This document shows, piece by piece, positions 18,262-29,724 of a stretch of 64,000 bases of DNA (positions within the stretch are counted from its first letter, which is position 1; the number at the start of each line of letters is the position of its first letter). A program made the position numbers and the translations under genes. Where the stretch lies: positions 38,024 to 102,023 of the forward strand of contig CAWENF010000026.1 of NCBI GenBank assembly GCA_963810275.1, in the 5' to 3' direction. Under the pieces are notes generated by a model. It was not told the origin of the DNA, made no database searches, and saw only the letters and a program-made list of their open reading frames with translations. Source of the stretch: an uncultured archaeon. Lineage in GTDB: Archaea; Thermoproteota; Bathyarchaeia; Bathyarchaeales; Bathycorpusculaceae.

Positions 18262-20645
18262 TGGGAATCCTCCTCGCTGTTCAATGTCTTTTTCCACGCA
18301 TACCGCAGTTTATCCAGCGGTGCCTCAACGGCGACTTTGCCTTTTAACCCGACGATTTTGAGTTTGGGTTGCTTAGTGACTTTGCCTATTGCGGCGCAGT
18401 TTTTGCCCTTCATGAGTTTTTTAAAATCAGCTTTGGCTTCTGGGGCGACTTCAATCAGGAAGCGGCTGTTAGACTCCGAGAACAACAGGAAATCACTGCG
18501 TTTGACGCCTTTGGCTGGAACTTCTCGCAAGTCAAGCTCCAACCCTAAACCCGACGCAAACGCCATCTCAGCCGCAGCAACTGCCAACCCGCCCTCTGAC
18601 AGGTCGTGACATGCTTTAACCAAGCCTTGGTCGATGGCTTTGGTGACAGCTTTAAAGGTACGTTTGGCTTTTCCGCCGCGGACTTTGGGCACGGATGCAC
18701 CAAGGTAGCCTTTGAGTTTGTAGTACTCGCTGCCTCCGAGTTCAGGGTAGGTCTCGCCGATTATGTAGAGCAAATTGCCTTCTGATTTGAGATCCATGGA
18801 TGTCGTGACTCCTATGTTGGGTAAGACGCCGACGGCAGTGACTAGCAGGGTTGGCGTGACAGGTCCGAGAGGTGACTCGTTGTAGAGGCTGTCTTTACCT
18901 GAAATAAATGGTGTTTTAAAGAGAATTGAGAAGTCGTAGCAGGCTTCGCAGGCACGAACCAGCGAACCAAGTCGCTCTGGCTTCTCAGGATTACCCCATA
19001 CAAAGTTGTCAAGCAACGCGATTCTTCTGCCGCCTACAGCGACGTTGTTGCGGATGGCTTCATCTATGGCTGACGCCGCCATCCAGTAAGCGTCGATTTT
19101 GCCGTAGTTGCAGTTCATGCCGCAGCTAATGGCCAATCCTTTCGCCGAGTCTTCCACAGGCTTGAGAACGGCACCATCGTTGGGCCCCGCCAAATCACCC
19201 TGAAGCGGCTTGAGAGTTGTGTTGCCTTTGACTTCGTGGTCGTAGGTGCGAACAATGGCTTCTTTGCTGGCAATGTTAGGCGCTGAGAGAAGCTGCAGAA
19301 GGGCTTCGGTAAGGTCTTTTGGCTCCTCAAACACTGGCTCAGCCAGCTTTGGGGTTTCAATGACTGCGACTTTGCTGCTCTCGCACAAGTTAAACATAAA
19401 CTCCATGTCGATATCCGCTACAACCTCCTCGTCGAAGGTGAGTTGCAGGCGGCGTTCAGGGATAAGTCGACCTATGGCGGTTGCTGTTACATCTTCTTTC
19501 TCAAAAATTGCCATAACTCGCTCTAAATTCTCGGGCGGAACAGTCATCAACATGCGTTCTTGTGACTCGGAAATGTAGATTTCCCATGGCGCCAACCCCT
19601 GATATTTCAAAGGAACCTTAGCCAAATCCACTCGCACACCGCAGCCGAAGCGCTCTCCGGTTTCGCCAACAGCAGAAGATAAGCCTCCGCCGCCAATATC
19701 AGTAATCGCTGAACCAAGCCCGAGGTCGCGGATTTCCACCACAGTGCGTTTGACTTTTTCTTCCTCGATGGGATCTGCGATTTGCACGGCGGGGCGCGAG
19801 ATTACCTCGGATTTCTCGGTGAGTTCCGCTGAGGCGAAGGTTACGCCATGAATGCCGTCTCGTCCAGTTTTGCCGCCTGACAGCACAATGTAGTCTCCGA
19901 CTTTGGCATTTTTAGTGTACTTATTTAGGGGCAATAGTCCGATGCAGCCGCAGTAGACGACGACGTTGCCTGTGTAGGATTCGTCGAAGTATATGGCGCC
20001 ATTGACTGTGGGGATGCCCATGTTGTTTCCGTACGCGCTGATGCCCGCTGTGACGCCCATGTAGACGTATTTGGGGTGCTTGACGCCAGGGGGCAACTTT
20101 GTGTAATCGTAATCGAGGGGTCCAAAGCCCAAGACATCGGTGCATGCGATGGGATCCCCCCACACTCCTAAGATGTCACGGATGACGCCGCCGGTGCCTG
20201 TTGCTGCGCCTCCAAACGGCTCCACCGCAGAGGGGTGATTGTGGGTTTCCACTTTTGCGGCGATGCCGTAGCCCCTGTCAAATTTGATTATCCCCGCGTT
20301 ATCCTCAAAGACGCTGAAGCACCAGGGGGCTTTGATTTGTTTGGTGGCTTTGGAGATGTAGGTTTTGAAGAGGCTCTGGATAGTTTTGCCGTTGAGGTAG
20401 ATTTTGCCTTTGAAGGTTTTGTGACAGCAGTGTTCGCTCCAAGTTTGGCTAATGGTTTGCAGTTCTACGTCGGTTGGGCTGCGGCTTTCGGTTTTAAAGT
20501 AAGTTTGAATTGCTAAAAGCTCATCTAAACTAAAGCCCAAAGCGAGTTCGCTGTTGATTTCGCCAAGCTGCTCTTTCGTTGCGTTGGCTATGGCGAATTC
20601 TAAAACGGGGCTGGTTTTGCGTTGGGTGATAAGGTCAGAGTTCAT
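18258..20645 (-). CDS. purL: FGAM synthase subunit II
   Basis: WSEHCCHK, VETHNHPS, SESQERM, HDLSEGG. Confidence 0.98.
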   Translation of the reverse strand: MNSDLITQRKTSPVLEFAIANATKEQLGEINSELALGFSLDELLAIQTYFKTESRSPTDVELQTISQTWSEHCCHKTFKGKIYLNGKTIQSLFKTYISKATKQIKAPWCFSVFEDNAGIIKFDRGYGIAAKVETHNHPSAVEPFGGAATGTGGVIRDILGVWGDPIACTDVLGFGPLDYDYTKLPPGVKHPKYVYMGVTAGISAYGNNMGIPTVNGAIYFDESYTGNVVVYCGCIGLLPLNKYTKNAKVGDYIVLSGGKTGRDGIHGVTFASAELTEKSEVISRPAVQIADPIEEEKVKRTVVEIRDLGLGSAITDIGGGGLSSAVGETGERFGCGVRVDLAKVPLKYQGLAPWEIYISESQERMLMTVPPENLERVMAIFEKEDVTATAIGRLIPERRLQLTFDEEVVADIDMEFMFNLCESSKVAVIETPKLAEPVFEEPKDLTEALLQLLSAPNIASKEAIVRTYDHEVKGNTTLKPLQGDLAGPNDGAVLKPVEDSAKGLAISCGMNCNYGKIDAYWMAASAIDEAIRNNVAVGGRRIALLDNFVWGNPEKPERLGSLVRACEACYDFSILFKTPFISGKDSLYNESPLGPVTPTLLVTAVGVLPNIGVTTSMDLKSEGNLLYIIGETYPELGGSEYYKLKGYLGASVPKVRGGKAKRTFKAVTKAIDQGLVKACHDLSEGGLAVAAAEMAFASGLGLELDLREVPAKGVKRSDFLLFSESNSRFLIEVAPEAKADFKKLMKGKNCAAIGKVTKQPKLKIVGLKGKVAVEAPLDKLRYAWKKTLNSEEDSQ

Positions 20646-20893
20646 TTTACTTCAACAACACTTATAGTGTAGTTGTCTTTGGTTGGGTTAGCGAGGAGAC
20701 GTTTGCTCATTTCCTCAGCTTTAGCTTTTGCCTCTATGGCTGAAGTTGCTTCTAGAAATACAGTGTAAATTTTGCTTACGTCAACGGCTGAAGCGTTGTA
20801 GCCTAGTTCGACGAGCATTCGCTGGGTGGTTTCGCCTTCCGGGTTGCTGTGTCCGGGTTTGAGGCTTACTTCGATTTTAGCGGCGTATTTCAT
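20642..20893 (-). CDS. purS: FGAM synthase subunit PurS
   Basis: LKPG..NPEG, RLLANP; coupled to purL. Confidence 0.95.
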   Translation of the reverse strand: MKYAAKIEVSLKPGHSNPEGETTQRMLVELGYNASAVDVSKIYTVFLEATSAIEAKAKAEEMSKRLLANPTKDNYTISVVEVK

Positions 20894-21155
20894 GAGTCTT
20901 TAAATTAAGCTGTAGAGATTTAAACGCTTTCGTCACAAAAAATGCAAAATTCCACGGTTAAAACGGGTGTTCTGTTTTCCCTATTTGTGTGCGTGCAGAG
21001 TTCTACAGCACCACAAGACTAACTGCATCTGCAATTGCTTTTCGGATTCAGGTTGCATTTCAACGTCTGAACACGGTGGGGCAACAGAGATTTCATGCAC
21101 TGCCAACATAGACTTTGTTGAAACCGCCGAGGTGCGGTTTGGAAGCATATTGAGT

Positions 21156-22238
21156 TTACGTTAAAACCATATGTTTACCCGCGTGCTCTATCTCGACGAC
21201 ACGCTCTTTGTCAGTGACTTCCCCAATAACTTTCGGGTTGAAACTGTCATGCTCCAGTGCGTTCATGGCTTTATCCTCGTCAGTCTTGCTGACAATTATG
21301 CCAAACCCCCAGCCCATGTTAAAGGTTCTAAACATTTCCTCGTCAGTCACAGTTAAGCCCAGCTCAGCAGCGGTTTTCTGGAGTAACCCGAAAATCGGCT
21401 GAGGATTAAAATTGTCGAAGCGGAACCCTATGCCAGGCGAAAACTTAACAAGGTTATTGAATTTCATGTAACTGTCGCCAGTTATGTGCACGGCACCTTT
21501 AACCTTGACTTCCCCTGCCAGCTTGAGAAGCGGCTTGACGTAAATCTTGGTTGGCTCCAACGCCTCCAACCCAACCTCACTCTCTAAGCCTTCTGGGATG
21601 TCTGTGGCTTCATATTTACCGCCCCACCGCTTAAACAGGATTTTACGTGCCATCGTAATCCCGTTGCTATGCAAACCGTTACTAGCAATCCCAATGATTG
21701 GGTCACCGGGTTTGATACCTTCACCCTTTATGATGTTTTGCCGCTCCACTATGCCGATGCAGGAGGCAACCATGTCAAAACCCGAATTCGGCATTAAGCC
21801 CTTGATGATTTCCGCCACGTCGCCTGTTTCGCCATTAACTATTGGGCACCCAGATTGCTCTGCGCCCTCGATTACTCCTTTGAGCCAATCGTTGACAAGT
21901 TTGGGTTCGCTAGCCACTGCGTGAATGTTGTCTGCTAAAGCAAGTGGTTTTGCGCCGCTACGGATAACGTCGTTAACCACCATGGCTACGGCGTCTATGC
22001 CTATGGTGTCATGTTTACCTGCAAGTTCAGCAAGTAAAACTTTGGTGCCTACACCTTCGATTTCAAGGTCCAAAAACGTGTTTTCGCCGATAGGGAAAAT
22101 GTTGCTGTATGGCAGGTGCATGATACCGCCAAAGCCTATGTGGCGGTAGGTTTGTTTGAGTGTTGAGAGGGCTTTTTTTGATTCTTGGCGTTGTTCTCGG
22201 TTGACGCCTGCGTCGGTGTAGGTAAAGTTTCTAGGCAA
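21156..22238 (-). CDS. purM: AIR synthetase
   Basis: YTDAGV, EGVGTK, GETG, SNGLHSNG, HITG, TFNMG. Confidence 0.96.
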   Translation of the reverse strand: MPRNFTYTDAGVNREQRQESKKALSTLKQTYRHIGFGGIMHLPYSNIFPIGENTFLDLEIEGVGTKVLLAELAGKHDTIGIDAVAMVVNDVIRSGAKPLALADNIHAVASEPKLVNDWLKGVIEGAEQSGCPIVNGETGDVAEIIKGLMPNSGFDMVASCIGIVERQNIIKGEGIKPGDPIIGIASNGLHSNGITMARKILFKRWGGKYEATDIPEGLESEVGLEALEPTKIYVKPLLKLAGEVKVKGAVHITGDSYMKFNNLVKFSPGIGFRFDNFNPQPIFGLLQKTAAELGLTVTDEEMFRTFNMGWGFGIIVSKTDEDKAMNALEHDSFNPKVIGEVTDKERVVEIEHAGKHMVLT

Positions 22239-22518
22239 ACCTGTGTTCCTCGGGTAGTATTCGTTTTTTGTTAGAGATAACGGTTATGCTTCTGGAGTTT
22301 GAAAGCTCCTTCTTGTTATGGGTGTCCTGATTGGTTTTCGTTTAGTTTTGTGAAAAATTTTTTTCAATTATTTATTGGCTGCGGCTTTGATCCCACAAAC
22401 TTCTGTGCTTGCAAACAGTTTTGGTCTGGTTTTTTTATCTAAACATGTATGTTGGGTTGCTTGCGGAAACACAAGCAGCTTCAAAAAATAAAAAATGCTG
22501 TTGCGGAATGCAGGTTTG

Positions 22519-23430
22519 TTAAATCAACACTAAATCGGCTTCGGTTGGTAAACCGTCGCGTGCACCCATTTTCATGACGCTTCTGGACGCCACAAAGTTA
22601 CCGAGGCGGCCACATTCGAAAAGCGGCTTGTTATGGATTAAACCGTAGAGGAAACCCGCATCGAAAGCGTCGCCTGCACCTGTGGTGTCCACTGCGGCAA
22701 CTTTGTAGGGTTGGATTATGTCTTTTTGTTGTCCGTTTGTGAGGTAGCAGCCTTTAGCGCCTAATTTGACGGCAACGATTTGTACGCCCATGTTGAGCAA
22801 AGCTTGTGCACCTTTGGGTATTTCAGATTCGCCCGTGATTAGCCTGAGTTCCAGCTGGTTGGGCATCATAACAAAACTATTCTGGATTATGGGTTCAATG
22901 GCGGCTATCCCCTTCTGTGCGTAGAGGGAGCCAGGGTCAAAGCTGACTTTAACGTGCTCGGGCAGAAAGCTCATCAGTTTTTTCTGGGTACGGAACGATT
23001 TTTCGCCCACAAAGGATGAGAGGTGAAGGAATTGTGTATTGGTGACGTAGGGCGGGTTTATTTCCCGGAACTCGATAGTGTCATTGACGCCGGGGTTAAT
23101 GTATAGCGCCCGTGCACCTTTCTTATCGACAAAGCCTATACAGACACCACTTTTGCCTTTCGGCGAGCGTACAATTCCGTCGGTGTCAACTCCTTCCTGT
23201 GCGAAGCAGTCAATTTGGAGTTTGCCCTCATGGTCGTCGGCGACTTTGCCGACAAAACCGACTTTGCAGGCCAACCGTGCCAAGCCAACCATGGTGTTAG
23301 CTGCTGAACCCCCGCATGCCTCCGCATAGTCATGGATGAAACTCTCCTCTTCAGGGCCAGCTATCTTGTCGACTTTAAGCAACGTATCAACGTTGAGTGC
23401 TCCAAATCCTACTACATCAAAGCGTGTCAT
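22519..23430 (-). CDS. PfkB/ribokinase-family kinase (EhaT-like)
   Basis: GGSAAN, VSFDPG, DTTGAGDAF; ATG overlaps the ftr stop. Confidence 0.93.
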   Translation of the reverse strand: MTRFDVVGFGALNVDTLLKVDKIAGPEEESFIHDYAEACGGSAANTMVGLARLACKVGFVGKVADDHEGKLQIDCFAQEGVDTDGIVRSPKGKSGVCIGFVDKKGARALYINPGVNDTIEFREINPPYVTNTQFLHLSSFVGEKSFRTQKKLMSFLPEHVKVSFDPGSLYAQKGIAAIEPIIQNSFVMMPNQLELRLITGESEIPKGAQALLNMGVQIVAVKLGAKGCYLTNGQQKDIIQPYKVAAVDTTGAGDAFDAGFLYGLIHNKPLFECGRLGNFVASRSVMKMGARDGLPTEADLVLI

Positions 23431-24331
23431 TGGAAAATCTCACTTAGTGGAATCTTGTATTTGCCCAGTTTACCTTCATAGTTGCCTGCCGATATACGCA
23501 CGACACCGGGCACGGCTATTGAGGCTTCGATACCAGCTTTGGTAGCGGCTTTTAGTGCTTCGACAGAGACACCATCGTAAACGATCTCGGCAATGTAATT
23601 CACGCCCTCAGGCACCCAACTTTCCTTACCCAACTTGGCTTTGAGTGAGGGACAGAAGTGGTGATTGGTTGTGGGACCGATTTCTGGAAACTTTGTTTCA
23701 GGTTTGCTGCCTGCCGAGCAAATGTCAAAAGTAGTTACGACACCCTCAACCTTGTGCATGGCATCCAATGCAGCTCTGCTAGCGGTTTTAAGCGATTCTT
23801 TGCTGGTACACATGAGCCAAAAGTTGCCGCCTGCCACACCCTTAGCATAACCGATGTAGTGCTCGATTACGAAGTCTGGAACCATCAAGGGAACAACGAT
23901 AACTTCTCTTCCATTGCGCTGCTCTACCCATTCGTAGCCGTCGCCGCAGTGACCCACGCGGGGCATCATGTCCAGCTTGCCCTCTGCGTTGGTAGGGCAT
24001 CGTAGATGGCGGTGAAGGGTTTGACGAGGATGTCTTGGCGGATGCGGTAGCTGAGTTCCTTCTCGAATTTTTCAAGGGATTGCTGGAAGGTTTTTTTTGG
24101 ATCAATTTGCCCCCAGAACTGCAAAATCGCACCGACGCGGTGGTCTGGTGTGTCTTCTTCGCTGAGGTAGCGTTCGACGCCGCCCTCAGTCCTACCAATG
24201 ACGGTGGCAGGGGTGGCAGTTGAGTCCGACGCAGCTTTGCATAGTGTCTCCACATCGTCTGCTGTCACTATTATTCGGCAGTAAATGCCTTCGAAAGCTT
24301 CAATGTAAGTATCATCAATTTTTTTGTCCAT
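23427..24331 (-). CDS. ftr: Formylmethanofuran:H4MPT formyltransferase paralog (Ftr-2/EhaS-like), one frameshift near 23990
   Basis: [54 protein letters not shown] split across two frames. Confidence 0.9.
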
Positions 24332-25412
24332 TTATCCCAGTCTCCCTATGCTTACTCCACGAACTCGTCTTTCGGTAGTCGCTTGAGTCTTTAGTAATCG
24401 AATCCATGTTTTTGGATGTTACTATTTGAACTTTCGACAACCCATCTGCTGTTACCTTTTGGAATTGTCGCAGTAAATCTTCGTCCACACCACTCTGCTG
24501 CAAGGCTTCTGGGCTCCAGTTCGCGACCAAACTTAGGGCTTCGACTTTACCCTGCTTGCAGAAAACGTCAGCAAGGACTGCAGTCACCAAGTTACTTTCA
24601 GATTGAACAGCGATTTCGGCGTTTTTGACGGCATAGCTGTTGCCGTTAAACGACACCGACAAACCCCCGCCCTCAAGAACCAAACGGAAGGCTTCGACAT
24701 CGGTTATGCTGTCACCCACATACATGACATCTTTGAGGTCACAATTGTGGCGTTTAGCTGCGTCTCGGATGGATTCGGCTTTCTGCTCACCTCCAACGGT
24801 GACTATGTTTAAGAATTTGCCCACAGACATCTTTGGCAAGATTTCCCAAAAGATTTCGTCAAACCGCTGCAAAATCTCTTGGTCACGATCACAGAAATCC
24901 TCTGCCGAAGCTGCGCCCTGTGGGATGTCTATTAGGCGGGTTTGGGCAATTTCCTGTACGATTTCCCTGAGTTGTTCGCGCTCTTTGGGGGTGATTGGGA
25001 TTTTGTCCAGCGACACTTTGGTGCAGTACGTGTTTTGGTAGGGAAAACCTACTGCTTTGCAAAGGGCGCTAATATAGTGCTCGTAGCTTGTGGAAACTAT
25101 GTATGGGTCAGAGATGCCCAAGACGTGCTGGAGCATGGTTTGGCTACCGGCTATTAAGAGGATGTTCTGCGCCGAGAAATCCTCCATCATCTGGTCGGTG
25201 ACTCCGTAGGCTTTGAAAAAGGGCAAAATCAGCTTAAGAGTGCTGCCAGCCGTGTATCCGGACTTATAAAATACGTCGGCTAAAACATCGTCGTACTTGC
25301 TGATATTAGCGAAAAAACTATCTCCCTTTGGGATGAAGTGTTCTGCCAGTTCGTAGGCGTTATCGTTTTTGCTTATGGGTCCTTCGCAGTCGGAGACGAA
25401 GAGGCGCTTCAC
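24332..25412 (-). CDS. HAD-superfamily hydrolase (COG4030 / EhaR-like), frameshift near 24368
   Basis: FVSDCEGP, STSY, GGEQK, YVGDSITD, SFNGN; corrected C-terminus RKRVRGVSIGRLG ends at a TAA abutting the ftr ATG. Confidence 0.85.
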
Positions 25413-26825
25413 TTCTGCCGCCTCAACTGCTCCATGTGTCGTATGCTGTTTGCGATGTGGTTTTGGTCTGCGATGTCGGTGCGATTCCAAAGTGCACCGC
25501 CTGTGATAGCTTTGGCGCCTTCCTGGCTGATAATTTGGGCTTCCTCGATGCTGTCACCGATTCCTAGAATGCCAATGGCTCTGGATTTAAGGGCGTAGTT
25601 TTTGCCGTCGCGTACCTCCATGGAGCCGGGGTAGATGCGGATTTTGTCTCCGTATTTTGCGGTTAGGGCTTCGGCTTTAATAAGGTCAACTGCTCCGCCA
25701 ACTGCTGCTTTGTCGAGTTTGTCTGGGAATGCTTCGGAGTAGCCTCCATAGCCGGGCGGAACCTTGTAGGTCAATACCGTGGCGGATTTCTCAACTGCCA
25801 CAGAAGTGAGTGTACCGTCTACCATGCGCAGGCAGAGATCAGCAAAGTCGTCTTTTAGCACGGGCAGCACATTCATGATTTCGGGGTCACCAGGGCGGCT
25901 GTTAATTTCCAAAATCTTAATTCCTTTACCCGTATGCATAAACGCAAGGTACAATGGGACTCCTCTGAGCGCCGTGTCATCAGGGATTCTCTTTCTCCAT
26001 CCATCGAAAACTTGAGCTACTAAAGCCAACTCTGCCTCGCGATCTGCCTCAGTTAGGAAGGGAAGATAATCCTTGGTGTCTTTGTAGGAGCCCATGCCTC
26101 CCGTGTTGGGGCCATGGTCGCCGTCAAACGCACGTTTATAGTCACGGGTGTCGGGCAGGGAAATGAAGTGTTTGCCGTCGCTAAAGCCCATGCAGCTGGA
26201 TTCTTCACCAGGCAATTTTTCCTCAATTAGAACGATACCGTACTTGAAGCTTGATAAGAAATGCTCGAAGAGCTCTTCTCTGGTTTGGAAATGGTCGCCC
26301 CAGACGCCCACGCCTTTGCCCAATGCTGGTTTGTCTGGTTTGACGACGGCTTGGTTGCCAAGCTCGTCGAGCCACTTGTAAACTGCTGTTTTAGCGTCGG
26401 CTTCGCTTTGGTAGTCTTGGGGGTTGAAAACTTTGAATCGTGGGTTAGCTTCAGGCGCAATCTCCTCGAAAAGAAGCCGTTGCGCAACTTTGGATTCTTC
26501 GATGGCATACGCCTTTTTGGGGCAGACAACTGGTACGCCGACTTTTTCTTCGATTAAGTCGCGGATACCTTTAATTATAGGGCTCTCTGAGCCTACCAGG
26601 ACGAAATCCAAGGCGGATTTGTTGGCTTCTGCAAATTTGCAGATTTCGTCAACATCTGAGGCTAGGGATGACTGCATGTTTTGTTGCGTGGGCTGCGTTG
26701 AAAGGGTTACGTTGCTTATCCGCCACGTATAATTCAACTTTGTGATTTTTGCTTCTGAGGAGTGCATCTGCCATGGCAACTTCTCTTGCGCCATAAGAAA
26801 CTAGTAGGACACCGAGCTTATCCAT
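25409..26825 (-). CDS. purD: Phosphoribosylamine-glycine ligase, frameshift near 26660
   Basis: N-terminal SYGARE in an upstream frame; GKGV, DYKRAFDGDHGPNTGGMG, EINSRPGDPE. Confidence 0.93.
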
Positions 26826-26875
26826 CCAAAGTACACCGTTGTAGGTAAAGTTTGTACGCTAACAGTTAATAGCAG

Positions 26876-28378
26876 TTACGCCTGCACTTCTTCGCTCTCG
26901 TAGATTCTACCCTTCTCCTCGTATCCTTCCTCAAAACGCCTCTTCATGGCATCCGCCATTTTCTGCGCACAAGGCGTAGGGTACTTACCTGTGATGCATG
27001 CAAGGCAGAGGTCGTCTCTGTCGAGGTTGATGGCTTTAATTAAGCCGTCAATGGATTGGTAGCAAACGCCGTCAGCGCCTATGATTTTAGCAATTTCCAC
27101 GTCGTCGTTGCGACTGCCTATGAGTTGTCCATAACTGGACATGTCGATGCCATAGAAGCAAGGACCAATGATTCTGGGGAAAGTGATGAAGACGTAGATT
27201 TTTTTTGCCCCAGCTTGACGCATCTTTTCTATGATAACTTTGGTTGTGTCGCCGCGCACGACGCTGTCCTCGGTTATGATAACATTTTTTCCCTGAACTT
27301 TTTTGCCTAAAATGTTGATTTTCTTATCAATCGTGTTGTAGCGTTCCGCGTTTAGTAGAATGAAAGCACGTTCGGTTACATAGCGGTGCCGCCTCGAGCA
27401 GCGTTCCCAACGTAATCCCGAAGCCTCATGCACACCCATGGCTGAGTCGTCGCCAGTTTCAGGAACCGACATGATGATGTTGCATTCTTTGACGATTTCT
27501 GGATTTTCTTTAACGATGTTGCGCCCAAATTCTTCGCGAACTTCATAGACATATTTGCCGTTGAAAATCGAGTCTGGACGTGCAAAGTAAGCGTATTCAA
27601 AAGCGCAGAAGGCGGATTTGGGGTTCTTAACTACTTGGATACGCTTAAAGCCGTCTTTAGATGCTATTGCGAGCTCGCCAGGGTTTAATTCAAAATCGCG
27701 CACAAGACTATTCATGTCTAAACTGACGGTTTCAGAAGAAAACGCGAAAGTTTTTGAGTGGGGGTCATGTCCAGCGCAAAGAGGCTTTATACCGTGGGGG
27801 TCTTTGAAGGCAAAAAAATCGCCTTCTCCAGTGATGCCAGTTACGCTGAAGGCTCCGTCCAAACCTTCCATGACAGTTTTGGCGGCCTCCTCGAGGTTTT
27901 TGTTTTTGCGGTAGGCGAGCAACATTTTGTGACAGACAAGGTCTGAGTCGCAGTTGTACCTGGCTTCGGGGAAGTTGTCAAACATTTCCTTTTTGAGTGG
28001 TAAGGTGTTTACTATATTACCGTTAAAGGAAACTGCGAGCGCAACACCATCGCTTGATGCGACGACCGGCTGGGTGCCCTGCACGATGGATACGTCATCA
28101 CATTTGCCTGAAGTGGTGTAGCGGACATTTCCTATACCTATTGAGCCTGGCAGCCGTGCGAACCATTCGTTTATGGCGTTGCTCTTGACCTTTGGAACGA
28201 GGTCTAGGTTTTTGTATGTGAAGTACTGACCAGAGTTGTATGTGAGGAAGCCATGTGACTGGTGTCCTCTGTGGTTCTGTGCTCTTAGTCCCCAGTAAAT
28301 ATAGGGGAAGACAGGTTGATTTTCATAGTTTATAGCGCCAAAGATACCGCAGCCCGTTTTTTGGTTCCCTTCTCGCGT
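26876..28378 (-). CDS. purF: Amidophosphoribosyltransferase, apparent ACG start
   Basis: CGIFG, NHRG, GNVRYTTSG, EDSVVRGDT, PCFYGID, CLAC; alternative TTG start at 28414. Confidence 0.96.
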   Translation of the reverse strand, partial: TREGNQKTGCGIFGAINYENQPVFPYIYWGLRAQNHRGHQSHGFLTYNSGQYFTYKNLDLVPKVKSNAINEWFARLPGSIGIGNVRYTTSGKCDDVSIVQGTQPVVASSDGVALAVSFNGNIVNTLPLKKEMFDNFPEARYNCDSDLVCHKMLLAYRKNKNLEEAAKTVMEGLDGAFSVTGITGEGDFFAFKDPHGIKPLCAGHDPHSKTFAFSSETVSLDMNSLVRDFELNPGELAIASKDGFKRIQVVKNPKSAFCAFEYAYFARPDSIFNGKYVYEVREEFGRNIVKENPEIVKECNIIMSVPETGDDSAMGVHEASGLRWERCSRRHRYVTERAFILLNAERYNTIDKKINILGKKVQGKNVIITEDSVVRGDTTKVIIEKMRQAGAKKIYVFITFPRIIGPCFYGIDMSSYGQLIGSRNDDVEIAKIIGADGVCYQSIDGLIKAINLDRDDLCLACITGKYPTPCAQKMADAMKRRFEEGYEEKGRIYESEEVQA

Positions 28379-29105
28379 TGGATGGGGATGTAAGAGAACT
28401 TGGTGGTTTATCAATTTTTAGTACAAATTTAACTAAAAACCACGGTTATTTTGACAGCAAGTAGTTTTAACTTGGATATAGGTTGGGCGTTAACTAATTT
28501 CAATTTAAATTAAAAGTATGTGGGGGCAGTTTTTCTGTTTCACTATTTATTCCCAGCCCCGTTGGTATGTGGTTATGTTTTGCCCTAGCCAAGTTTCATT
28601 TTGTAAAAAAATGCGTTGATTTCACTTATAAAATTCTCCAACCCAGCATTAATTTGTTTGGTGAGTGCGGCTAAATCGTTAAAAAATTAGGGTTCTCAAC
28701 TAGCACATAGTCGGAGATATAAGCGACCTTCGCAGCTGTTGGAGCAAGCGATTACTTGTTTTAGCCCGCTTTCTTAAACTGTTTGAGGCAGGTGGCTTGA
28801 GCGGCTATGTTATATCCCGCCATCCAATATTAAACTTGAAAGTTCTGTGGTCGAAGAAGAGTACGATTTTGAGTTTGTGGCGTTTAAGCGGTATTAAAAA
28901 ATAATAGAGGTAGATGTAGTCAATTAGGCCGGTAGATTACGTTATTTATGAAGTAGTCTGTTGCTTATGAAGTAGTCTGGGTGCCACTAATTCAAGTGCA
29001 GGCGCAACGTGTCGAAGTAGTACATCTGCCCTATGTAGGCTGCTTGTACGTCACCTTTTTGGTGTTGTCTTCGATAATCAGACAGTTGCTCCATGAAATC
29101 ATCCA

Positions 29106-29594
29106 TTAATAATCGACCCTAAACTGCTCATTTAAAGTTCTACACCAATCAGTGATTCTCCGCTCAGTATCCGCCTTATTCTTAGAGGGGTCTTTTAGCG
29201 GCAACTCACCCACAACATCAACGCCGAGCAGCATCTCATAGATTTTCTCGCTTGCCTGCTTAGGGTCAGAATCGAAAGTATAGAAAAATGCCACCCGCCT
29301 GCCCTCCAAAACGTTGCGTGCCACATATGTTCGCAACGCAGGTGTGGGTGCCCAAGCCCAAATCGGAGTACCAAGTACGATGAGCTCGTAGTCGCAGGAC
29401 GCCTTACTCGTTGGTGCAATTTCGGTTTGCTTTTTCTGCATTGCTTCTCTGCCGCCTGAAAGCCAGCCAAGTTTACCTTCGCGTTTTTTGAGATCCACGA
29501 TTTCCTCAAGATCTGCGCCTAACTCGGCTGCAATTGCTTCGGCTACAGTGCGGGTCTTACCTGTTCGGGTATAGTAAACGACTAAGCACTTCAT
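29106..29594 (-). CDS. Flavodoxin family protein
   Basis: YYTRTGKTRTVA, LGTPIW. Confidence 0.9.
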   Translation of the reverse strand: MKCLVVYYTRTGKTRTVAEAIAAELGADLEEIVDLKKREGKLGWLSGGREAMQKKQTEIAPTSKASCDYELIVLGTPIWAWAPTPALRTYVARNVLEGRRVAFFYTFDSDPKQASEKIYEMLLGVDVVGELPLKDPSKNKADTERRITDWCRTLNEQFRVDY

Positions 29595-29724
29595 AGTAGA
29601 TCAAATAACTGGTTGGAGGCTCTGGATATAAGAAATTTGCTATGAGTATATAAATCAGACAAGAAACAAACTGAAAACTAAACGATAGAAATTAATTAAA
29701 AATATAAAAGAAAAGTTGGGATGG

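Noticed and set aside
20967-21164. 65-aa Cys-rich ORF between purS and purM
   Set aside because: No RBS or family motif; probably a chance ORF
28946-28979. Two 15-bp direct repeats (ttatgaagtagtctg) as a possible CRISPR remnant
   Set aside because: Only two copies, a 4-nt spacer and no cas genes; a local duplication is sufficient
28420-29100. Long intergenic region as an ncRNA or purine riboswitch
   Set aside because: No convincing structure or conserved motif visible by eye; an Infernal/Rfam scan would be needed
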